A stretch of DNA of 64,000 nt, from assembly GCF_009914755.1 (NCBI RefSeq), contig NC_060935.1. One strand, written 5' to 3'. Below the pieces are notes generated by a model. That model ran no database searches. It had not been told where the DNA came from and saw nothing but the letters and a program-made list of their open reading frames with translations. Positions 30,499 to 43,881 of this stretch are shown here, piece by piece (within the stretch, counting starts at the first letter, position 1; every line of letters begins with the position of its first letter). Origin of the DNA: the human T2T-CHM13v2.0 reference genome, Homo sapiens. Made by a program: the position numbers and the translations under genes.

Positions 30499-31489
30499 GA
30501 AAGAGGAATAGAATAATGAAAGAGAAAAAATTAAATGAGAGGAAAGAAAAAAAAACAAAAGAGCATCACTTCATTTTGAGCCACCAACAAGTATTTAAGA
30601 AGCCAATGTCCAGTTTTGAATATGACTTTCCATAAAGAAGTCTAGACCTTAACTCTTTTCCTGACATAAAATTTGAGAACACTTTGTGTGGGACCAAGCA
30701 GAACAAAGAGTTTGTAATGGAAATTGGTGGATAAGAATGTGAGAATGGCAATAATAACCGGAATTATAGTTATTATGTTCATGATCCCTGCTGACCTCAA
30801 GAACAGCCTCAGGGTGCTGGGTAGCCTGGGCATGTTCTAGCATTATTATGATTCTGTCTGAGAACTTATCAATTCTGTGTATTCATCTCAGCAATTTAGC
30901 TCATAGGCAACATGCTGCCCACCTACCAGGCATATGAATTAGTCATGCAGCAAAATATCCAGGTAAATAGAATTAAAAATTCATGTTATGAGTGGAGGCT
31001 ACAGGTCCACTTCACATAAATTTTTGCTATTATAGGTAGAGTCCTCTCAGTAGCAACCTCTAGATGTGAAAATTTAAAGTGACCAGACATCTATTGAATT
31101 GAGGAAAAGATGAATAGGATCTCTTGAGGTTCAGAATAGGCTGTCCCTTTACTCTTTGGTACACAGAACTGGCAGCTCTGTCTCTTGTCCTACCCACAAC
31201 ACACCTTATTCCTTTGCTCAAAGCCCATGCATCATATAATCTCTGAGAGAGAATTATAGAGTTTAATCCTCTGTATTCTCCTATATAGCTACCAGCAGTA
31301 AAGCAGCAGTGAGGATTTTCAATTTTCAAGGAAATATATCTTTAGCCAAAATGGTAATTGCATTATAAGAATACATGGAAAATTTAGAAAAAATTCAGTG
31401 CTGCTGTGTCTCAAAAAGATAACAGAGCCAGGTATAGAGAACTCAATGCCCCATTTCTTATGTCTGCTTCTGTTAACAGATCTTGCCCA

Positions 31490-31600
31490 CTCCTCTTCTC
31501 TCTCTCTCTCTCTGTGTGTGTCTGCCTCCCCTTCCCTCCCCTTCCTTTCCCTTCCCATCCCATCCCTTCTCTCTCTCTCCCCCCGCTACCCCTCCTCCAC
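31490..31600. repeat. CT-rich low-complexity tract
   Basis: (TC)n(TG)n followed by (CCCTT)-like units. Confidence 0.85.
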
Positions 31601-31894
31601 AGATTGACATCCTATATTTAAATTACTCAGGCTCATATGAAGGGACTACTCTCTCTATTGAATTGAACTGATAACACCTATTGAATAAGAATATGATTAC
31701 GATGGTGGTGGGAACATGAAGTACCTACTTTGGATGCCTGAAAACAGGGATAATAATACCTATCCAATAGGATTGTTGTATAAATTGGACAAAATCATAT
31801 ATGGAGAAATCCAACAGAGTTATTGACACATAGGAAATTACAAATCAATTAAAGACCCAACTATAAAGGGCTTGCCTCCTGTGTCAATGATGAT

Positions 31895-32115
31895 ATGATT
31901 TAGCATTCATTAAACACTTACTGTGTGCCAGGCACTTTTTGAATGGCCTTAGGTAAATTATCTCATTTGATACTCTTAACAACTGTATGTGGTATGTGCT
32001 ATCATTTTCCTCAGTTTTCAGAACCCAGAACCTGAAATACAGATGGGTTAGTATAAAGTAGAACCTTGAAGCGAGCCAGTCTGACTCAAGGGCTAGTGCT
32101 CTTAACTTCTATGTT
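31895..32115 (-). mobile_element. MIR SINE
   Basis: cattcattaaacacttactgtgtgccaggcactt...tctcatttgatactc...cagtctgactc. Confidence 0.75.
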
Positions 32116-32829
32116 ACACCAACTTCTCAGGTTGAATTTTAACTTAAACACAATAGTAATCTCTTAAAGGTTTAAACTAATGCAGTTTTAGAAATAATTT
32201 TAGACAGACTTGGTTTTCATAAAGATCACTCAGATGATAAAATAGGGAATACTTTGTGGTATGAAGATTACCATCTCTCAGTATTGCTAGTGAAATTAGG
32301 AGCAAAAACAATCATGTGCCAAGCAATTAGAGATATATGTGGTTCAAAATAACTCAGATAAATATATAACAACCCTGAAACCATTTGATGATTTTAAAGG
32401 GTTCAGACCAAAGTTAACCTACATGCTATTTTTTTCAGAAAGCATAATTCTCCCTCTTTTCTTTTATGAAACAAAATCTAGCTTAATGGCAGGACTAAGG
32501 ACTTTTCAGTTACTGACAGCATGCCAAGCCTTGGGATAAAACAGCCTTGGGCTCATAAAGAGATCAGTCAGGTATTCAGTATTTGCACGATCAGATTGCA
32601 AGTGATACATGAGGTCTGAGTTTAAATATCTCCAAAGCACGGGCATTCAAAAAAAGTAACCATGTGCTGCAAATTCTACATTCTAACAATTGCAACTGGA
32701 AGAAAGCCTAATCAAAAACAAAGAAAAAAAAAGTCTCATCTTTATTCCAGCACAGTGCCAGTTTCCATTTGCAAGTTGATGACAAAAACTTAAATTTTTT
32801 TGTGGCGATTGGCCTTCACTTCTCAATTT

Positions 32830-32942
32830 CTCTTCTCTCTCTCTCTCACTCTTCTAAACACACACACATATATACATACACATGTACATATACACATAAA
32901 TATGTAGACACAAATATATATATATACACATACATATTCATG
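32830..32942. repeat. (CT)n/(CA)n/(TA)n compound repeat
   Basis: Read directly from the sequence. Confidence 0.85.
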
Positions 32943-33232
32943 CATTCTTTAGTGACCAAAAAATTTTATTCTGATATATTGTGTTTAAATAAATTCAGCT
33001 CCTGACAACATGGATATTCTTTTGAACACTTTTAAATAACTCATGTTCTCTTTGATTCCTTGTATTATTTAGTAATTTAATTTTATGTTCTGGATTTCTT
33101 CAAAGCCTCAGAGCCTGCATCTATAAGTAATACATTCGAAACAATAAGAAAGAGCCTGTTATTTTCTAATAGAAGTATCATTTAATCCAGCAATTCCACT
33201 ACTAGCTATCTACCCAAAGGAAAACAAATCCA

Positions 33233-33552
33233 GGCTGGGTACGGCAGCCCACCCCTGTAGTCCCAGCACTTTGGGAGGCCAAGGTGGAGGATTGCTTAAG
33301 GCCAGGAGTTCAAAACCAGCCTGGGCAACATAGTGAGACATTGCCTCAACAAAAAATACAAAAATTAGCCAGGTGTGATAGCATGGGCCTGTAGTCCCAT
33401 CTACTCAGGAGGCTGAGATGGGAGGATCATTTGAGCCCAGGAGCTCGAGGCTGCAGAGATGTTCATGCCATTGCATTCTAGCCTGTGTGACACTGAGACC
33501 CTGGCTCAGAGAAAGACAGAGAGAAAGAGAGAGAGAGAGAGAAAGAGAGAGA
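33233..33552 (+). mobile_element. AluJ with a (GA)n tail
   Basis: gaggattgcttaaggccaggagttc and ggaggatcatttgagcccaggag are AluJ diagnostics. Confidence 0.92.
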
Positions 33553-33684
33553 ATTTACTTAATGGGTAATGGGTACAATGTACATAATTTGGGTCACGGA
33601 TACAGTAAAATCCCAGACTTCACCACTGTGCAATATATCCATGTAACGAAATTGCAGTTGTACCCTTTAAATTTATATAAATAA
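33553..33684 (+). mobile_element. L1PB-type 3' end fragment
   Basis: cccagacttcaccactgtgcaatatatccatgtaacgaaattgcagttgtacccttt matches an L1PB4-like terminus. A matching upstream L1 piece lies at 33183-33230. Confidence 0.75.
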
Positions 33685-34210
33685 TCTCATTAATGGGTAT
33701 ATACCCAAAGGAATACAAATTGTTCTATTATAAAGACACATGCATACATATGTTCACTGCAGCACTATTCACAACATCAAAGACATGGAATCAACCTCAA
33801 TTCCCATCAGTGATAAAATAGATAAAGTAAATGTGGTCCATATGCACCATGGAATACTATGCAGCTATAAAAAAGAATGAGATCATGTCCTTTGAGGGGG
33901 ATGGATGAAGCTGGAGGCCATTATCCTTAGCAAACCAATGCAGGAACAGAAAACCAAATATTGCATGGTCTTGCTTATAAGTGGAAGATAAATGATGAGA
34001 ACACATGGACACATAGAGGGGAACAACACTTTCTGGGGTCTAATGGAAGGCGGAGGGAAGAGGATCGGGAAAAAATAACTAATAGGTACTAGGCTTAATA
34101 CCTGGGTGATGAAATAATCTGTACAACAAACCCCATGATACAAGTTTACCCACGTAACAAACCTGCACATGTACCCCTGCACTTAAAAGTTAGAAAAAAA
34201 ATAGTAAAAA
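33685..34210 (+). mobile_element. 5'-truncated L1PA (about L1PA11-13) 3' end
   Basis: gggtgatgaaataatctgtacaacaaaccccatgatacaagtttacc...A-rich tail. Confidence 0.88.
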
Positions 34211-37200
34211 AAAATATATATATACACATTAAAAAAAAAAGTCACCCATCTAATACTTTGCTGTAGGAATCAGTTAGCTTTCCCCTTTTTGACATATCTA
34301 TATCCCTGTACATAATATGTTATGCCTTCCTTTCTCTACTTATGCGATGCTTTATTTGCTCCTACTTTCTACTTTTCATTGAAAAGCACTCATGTATTTT
34401 TCTGTGTGTTTATTATGAACCTAATGCAATGAAACAACTAAAATAAAATTAAATTCATCATAGTTTATAATGTCATTAGAAAGGTATGATACAGAAACAG
34501 AAAATAAATGTTAAATGATTTGGCAAGGGTAGTTTATCCTACAGAAATTTGGGTGAGAAAGTCTGACGAGGATGAAGGTGAGACTTGGACAGTGCTTTGA
34601 AGATACCAATAGCTTCCTAACTGATCTCACTGTTGCCAATCTTGCTCTTCCTCTTATGATTTCCTTACCAACAGATAACAACATTACAAAAGCAAAGATC
34701 TGATCATAATATTTCTCTGTACAAATTCCTTCTCCCCACTGATTACATCCTCACCAGCATTTATTATTAAAATTCATTGTATATGGAAATAAACCCAGAT
34801 GCAAAGTTGCAGACTTTCTTCCTTCCCAGAACCTTGAATATCCTCCTAGTTTGTATTCTAGTTCCCCCATCGACCCCTGCCTCATTTTCCTGGGTCTAGA
34901 TACCATGCTCAGCTATTACTTTGCTGGATCATGATACACTATGCCCACCTACCTCACCCAGGCACTAACTCACTGGGAATCTTTAGCCAAAATTTAGAAT
35001 CATGTTACTGTCCCTATTTGTGCCCCAGAAACTTCAGCAGCTATGTTCCATCAACTTAGAAGATGCCTCCTTTAAATATCTATACTTCCTGGATCATACT
35101 ACTATATTTCCCTGGAATCCATAAATTGAACTGTGACTTCCTTTTATTCTATACCAACTTACATCTGAAGTGGTAGATTACTTCATATGGGTAGATTTAG
35201 AACACTGTGTTTCATTTGGCTCTTCCATTTTACTTTCTCCAAGAAAAAGAATGGAAGATAATAGGAAGCAATATGTATAAGACTGAATTAAGACAGAATT
35301 ATTATCAAATTGAAAGACAGTGAGTTATGTTATTGGCTTTCAACATATATCAGACAGACCATGCCTCCTTGTCTAATAATAAAGACTTCATTTGGAGGTC
35401 CCAGAACACTAAATGATATGAAGCTATGGGTTAGGGGATGGTCAATTTACAGAGGCATGGGATCCTGGTTAACAAAAATTTTCTAGAAAGAAAAGAACAT
35501 GAGTAAAGCTAATTTAGGGCACCATGATACATCTACTTATGGACATATTTGTAAACTACCAAGACCACCCTGTTTCATAATAGCCCAGTCATAGGTAGAA
35601 TAATTACCTTTAAGAAGAGTATAAAAGTACTAATGCTAAAGAAAGCAGAAATAATTCTCTAAGTCATTATTGGCTAAGAGTGTTGTATAATTTGCAGGTA
35701 CATTTAAAGGAAGAATTACTAACTCAAGGCCTACTGCATTGCATTTCAGAAAATATACATTGAAAATAACGTGACATAATAGAGAATAGGTAAATGTCTG
35801 TAGCCATGGGCTCGAATACTGATTCTTCCAAATACCCTGAGCAAGGATCTTGGTCTACTGAACCTCAGTTTTCCTATCTGTAAAATGGGCTTTTAAAACC
35901 TGTTCTATTGACAGATTGTTTTGAAGAATAATACAAGTAATGCACTGCCATTCAAAAGGTAGTTATTTTATCTATTGTCATCGCTATTTAGACAGGCACA
36001 GTGTCTCAATATCAGGTTAATATAATGTCTTATTTTTGACATGTAAATGGCCATTAAGTGTTTTAAATCCTTCTTTAACCAAACAGGAGATTTGAAGATC
36101 AGCTTTTGAGTCCAGAGATTTGGGCAGAGGCCAAAATAATTCAGCTGCCAGCTACAAAGTACCACAGCAAGTGCCAAAAACGCTACTCATTTTTGAATGA
36201 GAAAAATATCTCTGCCAAACCAAATCTTAAGCGTTTTTATAGTTCTTTCCCGTATGTTCCTATAAAAAGGTCATTTTTTACATCTCATTTTTGAATGGAG
36301 CTGTCAGAATAACAACTTTCAACTGTCTCCCAAGCCTCAAAAATTGATCCAGTTAAAAAGAATTTGAGGATGGGAAGTATTTTTAGAGAATCCAGTGACT
36401 TGTGCTTTGAAGTCATGGACAGCACAGATTGAAATAAACACAAATAACTGACCTCTAGTTTGTACTTGGTCCATCCAGGTCTGCTTCTGGAGAGACAGCT
36501 CCCAAACAAACATTTCAGAACTCACAGCACCACCTTCTGGGGGTAGTATTTGGGGCAATATTTGAAATATTTGATAACCAGTCATGTTACAACTGACTAG
36601 AAAATACCATTTTCACTCTTATTTACACCTATTCCATGGCCAGATTAGAAAAACGAAGAGGAAGTTTGTTAAAGCAGGCCACACAATCTCTAAATTCCAG
36701 GCGGCTAGAATTTCACACGGTCTGGGGAGGAATTAGTGGTCTGAACTGATTGTGCAGGTCCCTGTCTCCACCAGGAGGAAGGGGCATCATTTTCCCATTC
36801 CCATATTGGCACTCTGTGAGCTAGCAGAAGCCCTTGGAGATTGAAATATTACAATAAATAGGTCTGAGTTTCTCAGAACTGCCATGAAACTTCTAATATG
36901 TGAAAATGTCTGGAAAGTTATAGAGTGGAACTGAAATATCTTCAAGGGATACAGCCTTCCAAATAGATAATGTTCAAAGAACAATTGATAGTGGTTACTG
37001 AAAACTAATACAACTGTTTTGAGTTTACATCCCCCATATCTGAGATTCCACACTAAACAACTTATATAGGGATTTTGCATATTATTCAAATAGAAAGCTA
37101 GATTGTTCACAACTGTCACTCAACTTCACATATTCTTACCAGCTAAGATTTTCCTGAGTTTAAATTTTTGTAGCCTGTATTGTGGAAATCACAGATTTAT

Positions 37201-37254
37201 TGAATGTGCATTTTCAGAATCACTATCCATATCCATCTTGAAATATTTTTGAGC

Positions 37255-37670
37255 TATGGGAAACCAGGTGAGCATTTTAAGCAGGAATGTGGCATTGTCA
37301 CCACTGGTGTGGTAAGGACTGGAAGAGAGCAAGACTGGGAGTAGGAAGGTATGTTAGGAAGCCATAGCGATGACATAGGTTACAGATCATGATAGGTTAA
37401 GACAGACATGTGGAGAGACAGATGTAATAGGTATTTAGAAATCAGAATTAATAGCAGCTCATGATTAATTGAATGTTGGGGTAAGGAAGATGAATAAATA
37501 CGATAGTTTTCTGATTTTTGAAAAGTTGGTGAATGGAGATGCCATTAACTAAAAAGATGGAAATGAGCTGCCTTTGGGAATAGAAAGATGATGTATTCAG
37601 ACTTGTGCATGTTGCATTTAGTAATAGGACTTGTGCCTTGTATCAGTGGAGAATGAGATACAGGGTTTAG
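37255..37670 (-). mobile_element. L2 LINE fragment
   Basis: ttttaagcaggaatg...tgattaattgaatgttgggg...tgaatggagatgccattaact is degenerate L2. Confidence 0.6.
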
Positions 37671-37677
37671 AATTATA

Positions 37678-37963
37678 ATAGGCAGCCTTTATGAGGACCC
37701 CCAGTGAAGTTACCTCCTGGTATATTCAGGCTTCATGTAACACTATCTCCTTCAGTAATGTGCTTCTGACCAACAGAATATGGAAACATTGAGGAGATGT
37801 CTCTTTCATGATTAGGTTACAAGAGATTATGAATCCTGTCTTGCAAGTACACTCTCTCTGTTGCTTTCATAGCTTGCACATTTTAATGAAGCAAACTGTT
37901 GTGTTATAGAGGCCCACATGGCAAGGTCCTGAGAGTGGCATCTGGTCAACAGACACCAAGAAA
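37678..37963 (+). mobile_element. MLT1-type MaLR LTR fragment
   Basis: agaggcccacatggcaaggtcctgagagtggcatctggtcaacag. Confidence 0.65.
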
Positions 37964-37964
37964 C

Positions 37965-38395
37965 TGTCAACATAAAATAAACAAATTCAAAGTCTATTTT
38001 AAGAGAGTTTATTCAAGCACAAAGGTTAAGGACTGCAGCCCAGGAAACACTTCCAAATTGCCTTGGGAGTGCTCTGGAGAACAAAACAGATGCTCAAGTG
38101 TTTAAAGAAAAAAAAGATGAATCAGGGGAAGCAACAATTACAAAATTTTTTTGTCAAGAATTCTCATTGGTTCACAGAAATAACATTAGTTAGCAATTGG
38201 CTATACATTGTGGAACTATAGGGTATATGGCATTTTATGGCTACTTGGGATCAGTTAGTCTAGAGCCTGCAAAGCAAGTGGCTTGGAGAGATAGTGATTT
38301 AGCTCAAGAGGGAGTGAGATGTGACTGTTGCCACATGTTAAATGCTTTTCTGGGCCTGATTATTTAAGGGAGCTCACATGCCTAGAGGGAAAGTA
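37965..38395 (-). mobile_element. ERV1-class LTR fragment (MER4 group, family uncertain)
   Basis: tgtcaacataaaataa...agagagtttattcaagc...ttctcattggtt...attggctatacattg. Confidence 0.55.
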
Positions 38396-38706
38396 AAGTT
38401 TAAGGAGGACCGGGAGCCTGAAAAGAATATTGCAAAGAAATACAGATCTGAAATCTGGGAATTGCAAGGTTAAAGAAGGTGTGACCAAATAAATACCAAC
38501 TGCTGAAAGACTGAAAACTATTTTCAGCAACAAGGTGGATTTTATCTTGATGTGAACAATTTCACATTAAGTGACCTGGCAGAAGGCAGATTTCAACAGA
38601 CTGAGGAGAAAACACAAAGTGAGAAGGTAAAAGAAATTTCGTTGAAGACACTTAAATGTTAAGAAAAGTATAATGTGATATTTGCAGTAGGTGAAAAGTT
38701 GGTAGC

Positions 38707-39050
38707 TGATATGGTTTGCCTCTGCGTCCCCACCCAAATCTCACCTTGAATTGTAATAATCCCCATGTGTCAAGGGTGGGACGAAGTGGCGATAAGTAAA
38801 TCATGGGGGCAGTTTCCCCCATATTGTTCTCATGATAGTGAGTGACTTCTCCTGACATCTGATGGCTTTATAAGGGGTTCCCCCTTTGCTCTGCACTCAT
38901 TCTCTCTTCTGCCGTCCTGTGAAGAGGTACCTTATGCCATGATTCTAAGTTTCCCCAGGCCTCCCCAGCCACGTGGAACTGTTGTCAATTACACCTCTTT
39001 TCTTTAAAAATTACTCCATCTTCACACCAGTGTGAGAACAGGCTCTTATA
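38707..39050 (+). mobile_element. THE1 (C/D-like) solo LTR
   Basis: tgatatggtttgcctctgcgtccccacccaaatctcaccttgaattgtaataatcccc... Imperfect 5-bp TSD gtagc/gtggc. Confidence 0.9.
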
Positions 39051-40309
39051 GTGGCTTTTTGGAGGAGAGAGAGACTTGAGCTTATTTATGTGATAAGGCC
39101 TCTTTGGTCATGCAAATTTTTATTACATTTTCTGTTATTTATACCATAGCTATTTTTCATAAGAAAAACAATAAAGGAAATAAGTACGCTTAATCATTCA
39201 TAATCCTCTTGCCCTTTTGAAGGCACTAACATATCCATTTGCATTTTTCATAACAAAATACAGCATCATTTTTCCCACATATAACATAAGTACTTCTTAA
39301 TGTTGTTATGTTAGTGCCATTGTTGTTTTTAATATTGTATAATATATTGTCAAGTTTGTGTACTATAAATGATCTATTTTCTACTTATTGGGCCTCTAGG
39401 TTGTTTCCAACTTTTTATAACTGTAAATGATGCTGTGATTAATTGTGCAAAGTTGCTCCAAAACAAAAACAGAGAAGCTTCCCATAAGAGTGTTTCCTGG
39501 ATGTTTGCCAAAGTCAGTACTCTTCATGCCAAAGGGCTCTGAACTGAATTCAATAAAAGTTCATGCAAATACTGCTGGGACTATTCCTTTTTTTATTTTT
39601 TATTATTGAAAACTTCAAAAGCCCAGCAGATGGGTAGATCAAATATACAGAAAGAGATCACTGAATGTCCAGATTGACTTTAAACTTTCTGTGAAACCAA
39701 ATGTATTCTGTGAACTTATTCTAGGTTGATATCTTTCTACCAACATCCTGAAGTACATTACATACAGCAGAGAGGGCCTCAATAATCTTTCTTCTTTTAT
39801 TTATTTATTTTTTTATACAGGAAGGAATGTTGCTGTCCTTAATACCTCCCTTGCTAATGCACTTGCAAGAAAAATAATCCACTTCCCCTTGGAGGGCTGA
39901 GTGTGCTGCCAAAAAAAAAAAAAAAAAAAAATTTGAGCTTATAGCATTTGTTGCAAATCTGCTAAACATTATGTTTGCCAAATTCTTCCTAAAAATTGCT
40001 ATCACATTTCTGGGAAGACACTTGCTGAAAGGAAAAGCTTGTACTGCTTTAGTAGTGGTCAGCTGAAATTCAACCTCTTCAAAGTAGAGCTTGTCATCCA
40101 TTGCCCACCACCTCCCTCCTGACTTAAATTCTAGGAGGCCACCCTTCTTTTATTTATTCTAGTTTAAGATGCTGAAGGTGTCTTCTTATTTCTCAGGACT
40201 TGTGCAATTACGATAGTTTCTTACAAAAGATAAGGAAGAACAAAAGAGATCAGGACCTGAAATATCAACAAACTCCTGGGAAAAGCACAGGAAGAACATC
40301 TTGAGGGAA

Positions 40310-40505
40310 GTATGGTTAAGAGCTATGGTGCTAGAACAGAGACCTGGATTCAAATCCCAAGAAAATGGATGACTTCCTTCGCTTGTCTTATTCCTTATGT
40401 GTAAAACAAAATCTATACCAGGAATTCAATGAGACGTTGTATGCAAAGAGCTTACCATACCACCTAGCACAAAGTAAGACCTTGATAAATGGCAGCTATC
40501 ATTAT
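40310..40505 (+). mobile_element. MIR SINE
   Basis: tggttaagagc...gacctggattcaaatccc...cctagcacaaagtaag...taaatggcagctat. Confidence 0.7.
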
Positions 40506-41801
40506 TATTACCAATAAAGGCAAAACTAACTGGGTCAAAAATAAAGTATCCACTTGGTGAAGCTGCTGCAGGGGACAGTCAAGGTATAAAGAGGCAGCAG
40601 TCAGGTTCAAGGGGAGGGGCAGGGGGAAGATAATGTTTGCTCCTGGGTGTAGCAGGAGCACAATGATGGGGAATCCAGGTGCTGCACAAAATGCCCAATT
40701 CTTGACAGCATGTAGTGAGCATTTTAAAAAGTCTCTCCATTGGCAGAAGGAATCTAGTTCCCAGGTGGGATTTTACTGGTCAGAGTCTTGGCTCTAGAGA
40801 CAATGATAGCATGAGTAAGACTACATCTCCACCCCAGAGAAACAGACAAAGGGCTGAGGACTGAGAGAGCCACTAAGGGTCAGGGAACAAATGGAGAGCT
40901 CAGTTTCCCAACAGGTCTGACCCCGGATGAGATTATGGCTCAAAGCTGAGTTACCTAACCGGTCTAGCCACCTGAATCTCACCTGCCAAGCCTTTTCAAT
41001 GGTTCCTCCCAGCCTATAACTGAAAGAAAATTTTAAATAGTAACAATATTGGCATTTTGGAATGGCTACTGCCTAGGGGAAGAGGCACCCATACACATAA
41101 AAGTTTACTGCCAGTACTGGGGCTTACACATCTTCATAAGCCTAATGGAATTTTATGCAAATATGGGATAAGTAAGTGAACTTTTCTGGAGAAAGTATCC
41201 ATAGTTTTCAGCAGTCTCAAAGCAGCTCATGACCCAGCAGGCATGAAGGATCAATGCTTTAAGTAAAGATGTTACAATCTACCTCTTTCCTTCTCATCTT
41301 TATTTTGATGAAATGTTGGGTGAGTTGAATGGTTTCATCTTCTATGGCAGAATTTTCCCACATGCTTGGGCCTTCAATTATCACAATAACTTCCCATTTG
41401 CTCCCCTCACTTTTTCTTATAAGGGTTTATCACAACTTCTGGTTCATTAAGACATTCTATTCTTATAAATTGTGGCCATGTATTTAATACATTTTATACC
41501 TTTTATAGTCATGTCAGTAGGTTCTGTTGGGTGGGGATTACTGCAGAATGGGGTCAATCTGTCACCTTGAAATTGAAGGGAAGTGTCTTAATCTTCTCTC
41601 ATTGCTTCTATCTTCCCACAGTCTCTTGGCCTCCCATGCCTTTTACTACGCCTCTTGCTTTTTCAAAGCTCAGCTCAAGTTCCAGATTCTCTTTGGAAGC
41701 TTCTGGGATTACTTCAACCCTCAGAATTCTTTCCCTCTTCCAAAGTATATAACATTCATTTGGTGCTGGGAAAGTATATAAAGGAATTAGCATGTTGTAG
41801 A

Positions 41802-42010
41802 CAGGACTTTTTCAACTTCAGGACTATTGACATTTTGGGCTGGTTAATTCTTCATGTGGAGGCTTGTCCTGTGCACTATAGAATATTTAGCTGTATATCT
41901 GGCCTCTATCAACTAGGTGCAGTAGCACACTCCCATCCTCGCCCCAGTTATGACAACCCCAAATGTCTACCAACATTAGGGGCAAAATTACCTCTAGTTG
42001 AGAACCAGCG
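41802..42010. mobile_element. MER20 hAT-Charlie DNA transposon
   Basis: actattgacattttgggctggttaattctt...tgtcctgtgcactatagaatatttagc...ggggcaaaattacctctagttgagaacca. Confidence 0.85.
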
Positions 42011-42410
42011 TTGAAGAATGATCCCCATGTATCAGGTAATGTACTAGATTATATAGCTTTTATTTCATGGGTATATCCTACTTTCCTACGTTTATCTTCC
42101 CTTTAATTCAGTTCACTCACTTATTTTTAATTTATTTTACATTGCGTCTTAACCTTTGCAAAACACTTTAAATCTTTTTTTAAAACAAGGCAAGTTATAT
42201 GTAAACACTCGTTGCTTCTTTTAAACCTTGGCACAGCCCTTGAAAAAAGATATTAGCAATGCTGTTTAACAGGCAAAGACACTGACTACTAGAAATCTCT
42301 GTTCAATAACTGAACAAAGTCCAAATAACAAACATTGGTGGAGCAAAGACTCAATATCAGGATTTTCTGGTTCCAAAGACCATGACATTTTTGTGCCACA
42401 ATGCTATTTT

Positions 42411-43881
42411 TAAAAATTGGTACACATTTGTGCATATTTATGGGGGTACATACGGTATTTTGATACATGCATAAAATGTGTCACAATCAAATCTAGGTAT
42501 TTAGCATATACATAACCTATAACATTTATCATTTCTGTGTTGGGAACATTTCATATCTTCTCTCCTAGTTGTTTTGAAACATACAATATATTATTATTAA
42601 ATATAGTTACCCTACTGTGCTATCAAACACTAGAACTTATTCCTTTCAACTGAATGCTTGTACCCATTAACCAACATCTCTTTATCCTCTCCCCCAATAC
42701 CCTTCCAGCCTCTGTTAACCATTATCCTACTCTCTACCTCCATGGGATCCACTGTTTTACCTCCCACATATGAGTGAGAACATGCAATATTTGTTTTTCT
42801 GTGCTTGGCTTATTTCACTTAATATAATAACCACAGGTTCCATCAATGTTGCTGCAAATTGCAGGATTTCATTCTATTTTATGGCCCAATAGCATTCCAT
42901 AGTGTGTATATATACCATGTTTTCTTTATTCATCCATTGATGGACAGCTGACTTAATTCCATATCTTGACTATTGTGAAGAGTGCTGCAATAAACATGGG
43001 AATGCAGATATCCTTTTGATATACTGATTTTTCTTTGGATAAATACCCATTGGTAGAATTTCTGGATCATGTGGTAGTTCTATTCTTAGTTTTTTGAGAA
43101 ACTTCCATATTGTTTTCCATAATAGCTGTGCTAATTTACATTACCACCAAGAGTGCATAAGAGTTCCCTCTTCTCCACATTTTCACAAGTGTCTTTTTAC
43201 TTTTCGTCTTTTTTATAATAGCCATTCTAACTGGAATGATGTCTCATTGTGATTTTCATTTCCCTAATCATTAGCGATGTTGAGCATTTCTTCATATACC
43301 TACTAGCCATTTGTATGTCTTCTTTTGAGAAACGTCTGTTTAGATACTTTGCTCACATTTTAAGGAGATTGTTTGGGTTTTTTGTACGTTTGTTTTTGTT
43401 TTTTGATGGTGAGTTGTCTGAGCTCCTTTTATATTCCAGATATTAGTCCCTTGTCGAATGAATCATTTGCAAATATTTTCTCCCATTCTACAGGTTGTCT
43501 CTTCCCTTTGTCGGTTGTTACCTTTGCCGTGCAGAAGCTTTTTAGTTTACTATAGCTCCATTTGTATACTTTTTGTTTTGTGTGCCTATGCTTTTGAAAT
43601 ATTAACCATAAAATCTTCGCCTAAGCTAAAGTTCTTGGGCATTTCCTATGTTTTCTTCTAGTATTTGTATAGTTTCAGGTCTTACATTTAAGTCTTTAAT
43701 TCATGTTGAGTTGACTTTGGTATATGGTGAGTCATAAGGATCTAGTTTCATTCTCCTCCACATCATGGATATCCAGTTTCCCCAGCACCATTTATTGAAG
43801 AGGGTGTTCTTTTCCTAGTGTATGTTCTTGGCACCTTTGTCAGTTGGCTGAAAATCTATGAATTTATTTCTGGGTTCTCTA
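42411..43881 (-). mobile_element. 5'-truncated L1MA (about L1MA4-5)
   Basis: L1MA 3' UTR on the left and ORF2 3' part on the right. Imperfect TSD gtgccacaatgctatttt (42393-42410) versus gtggcacaatgctgtttt (43882-43899). Confidence 0.9.

Noticed and set aside
41090-41262. Possible hAT-Charlie MER fragment, plus several further faint MIR/L2 traces elsewhere
   Set aside because: Too degenerate to assign a family or boundaries by eye.
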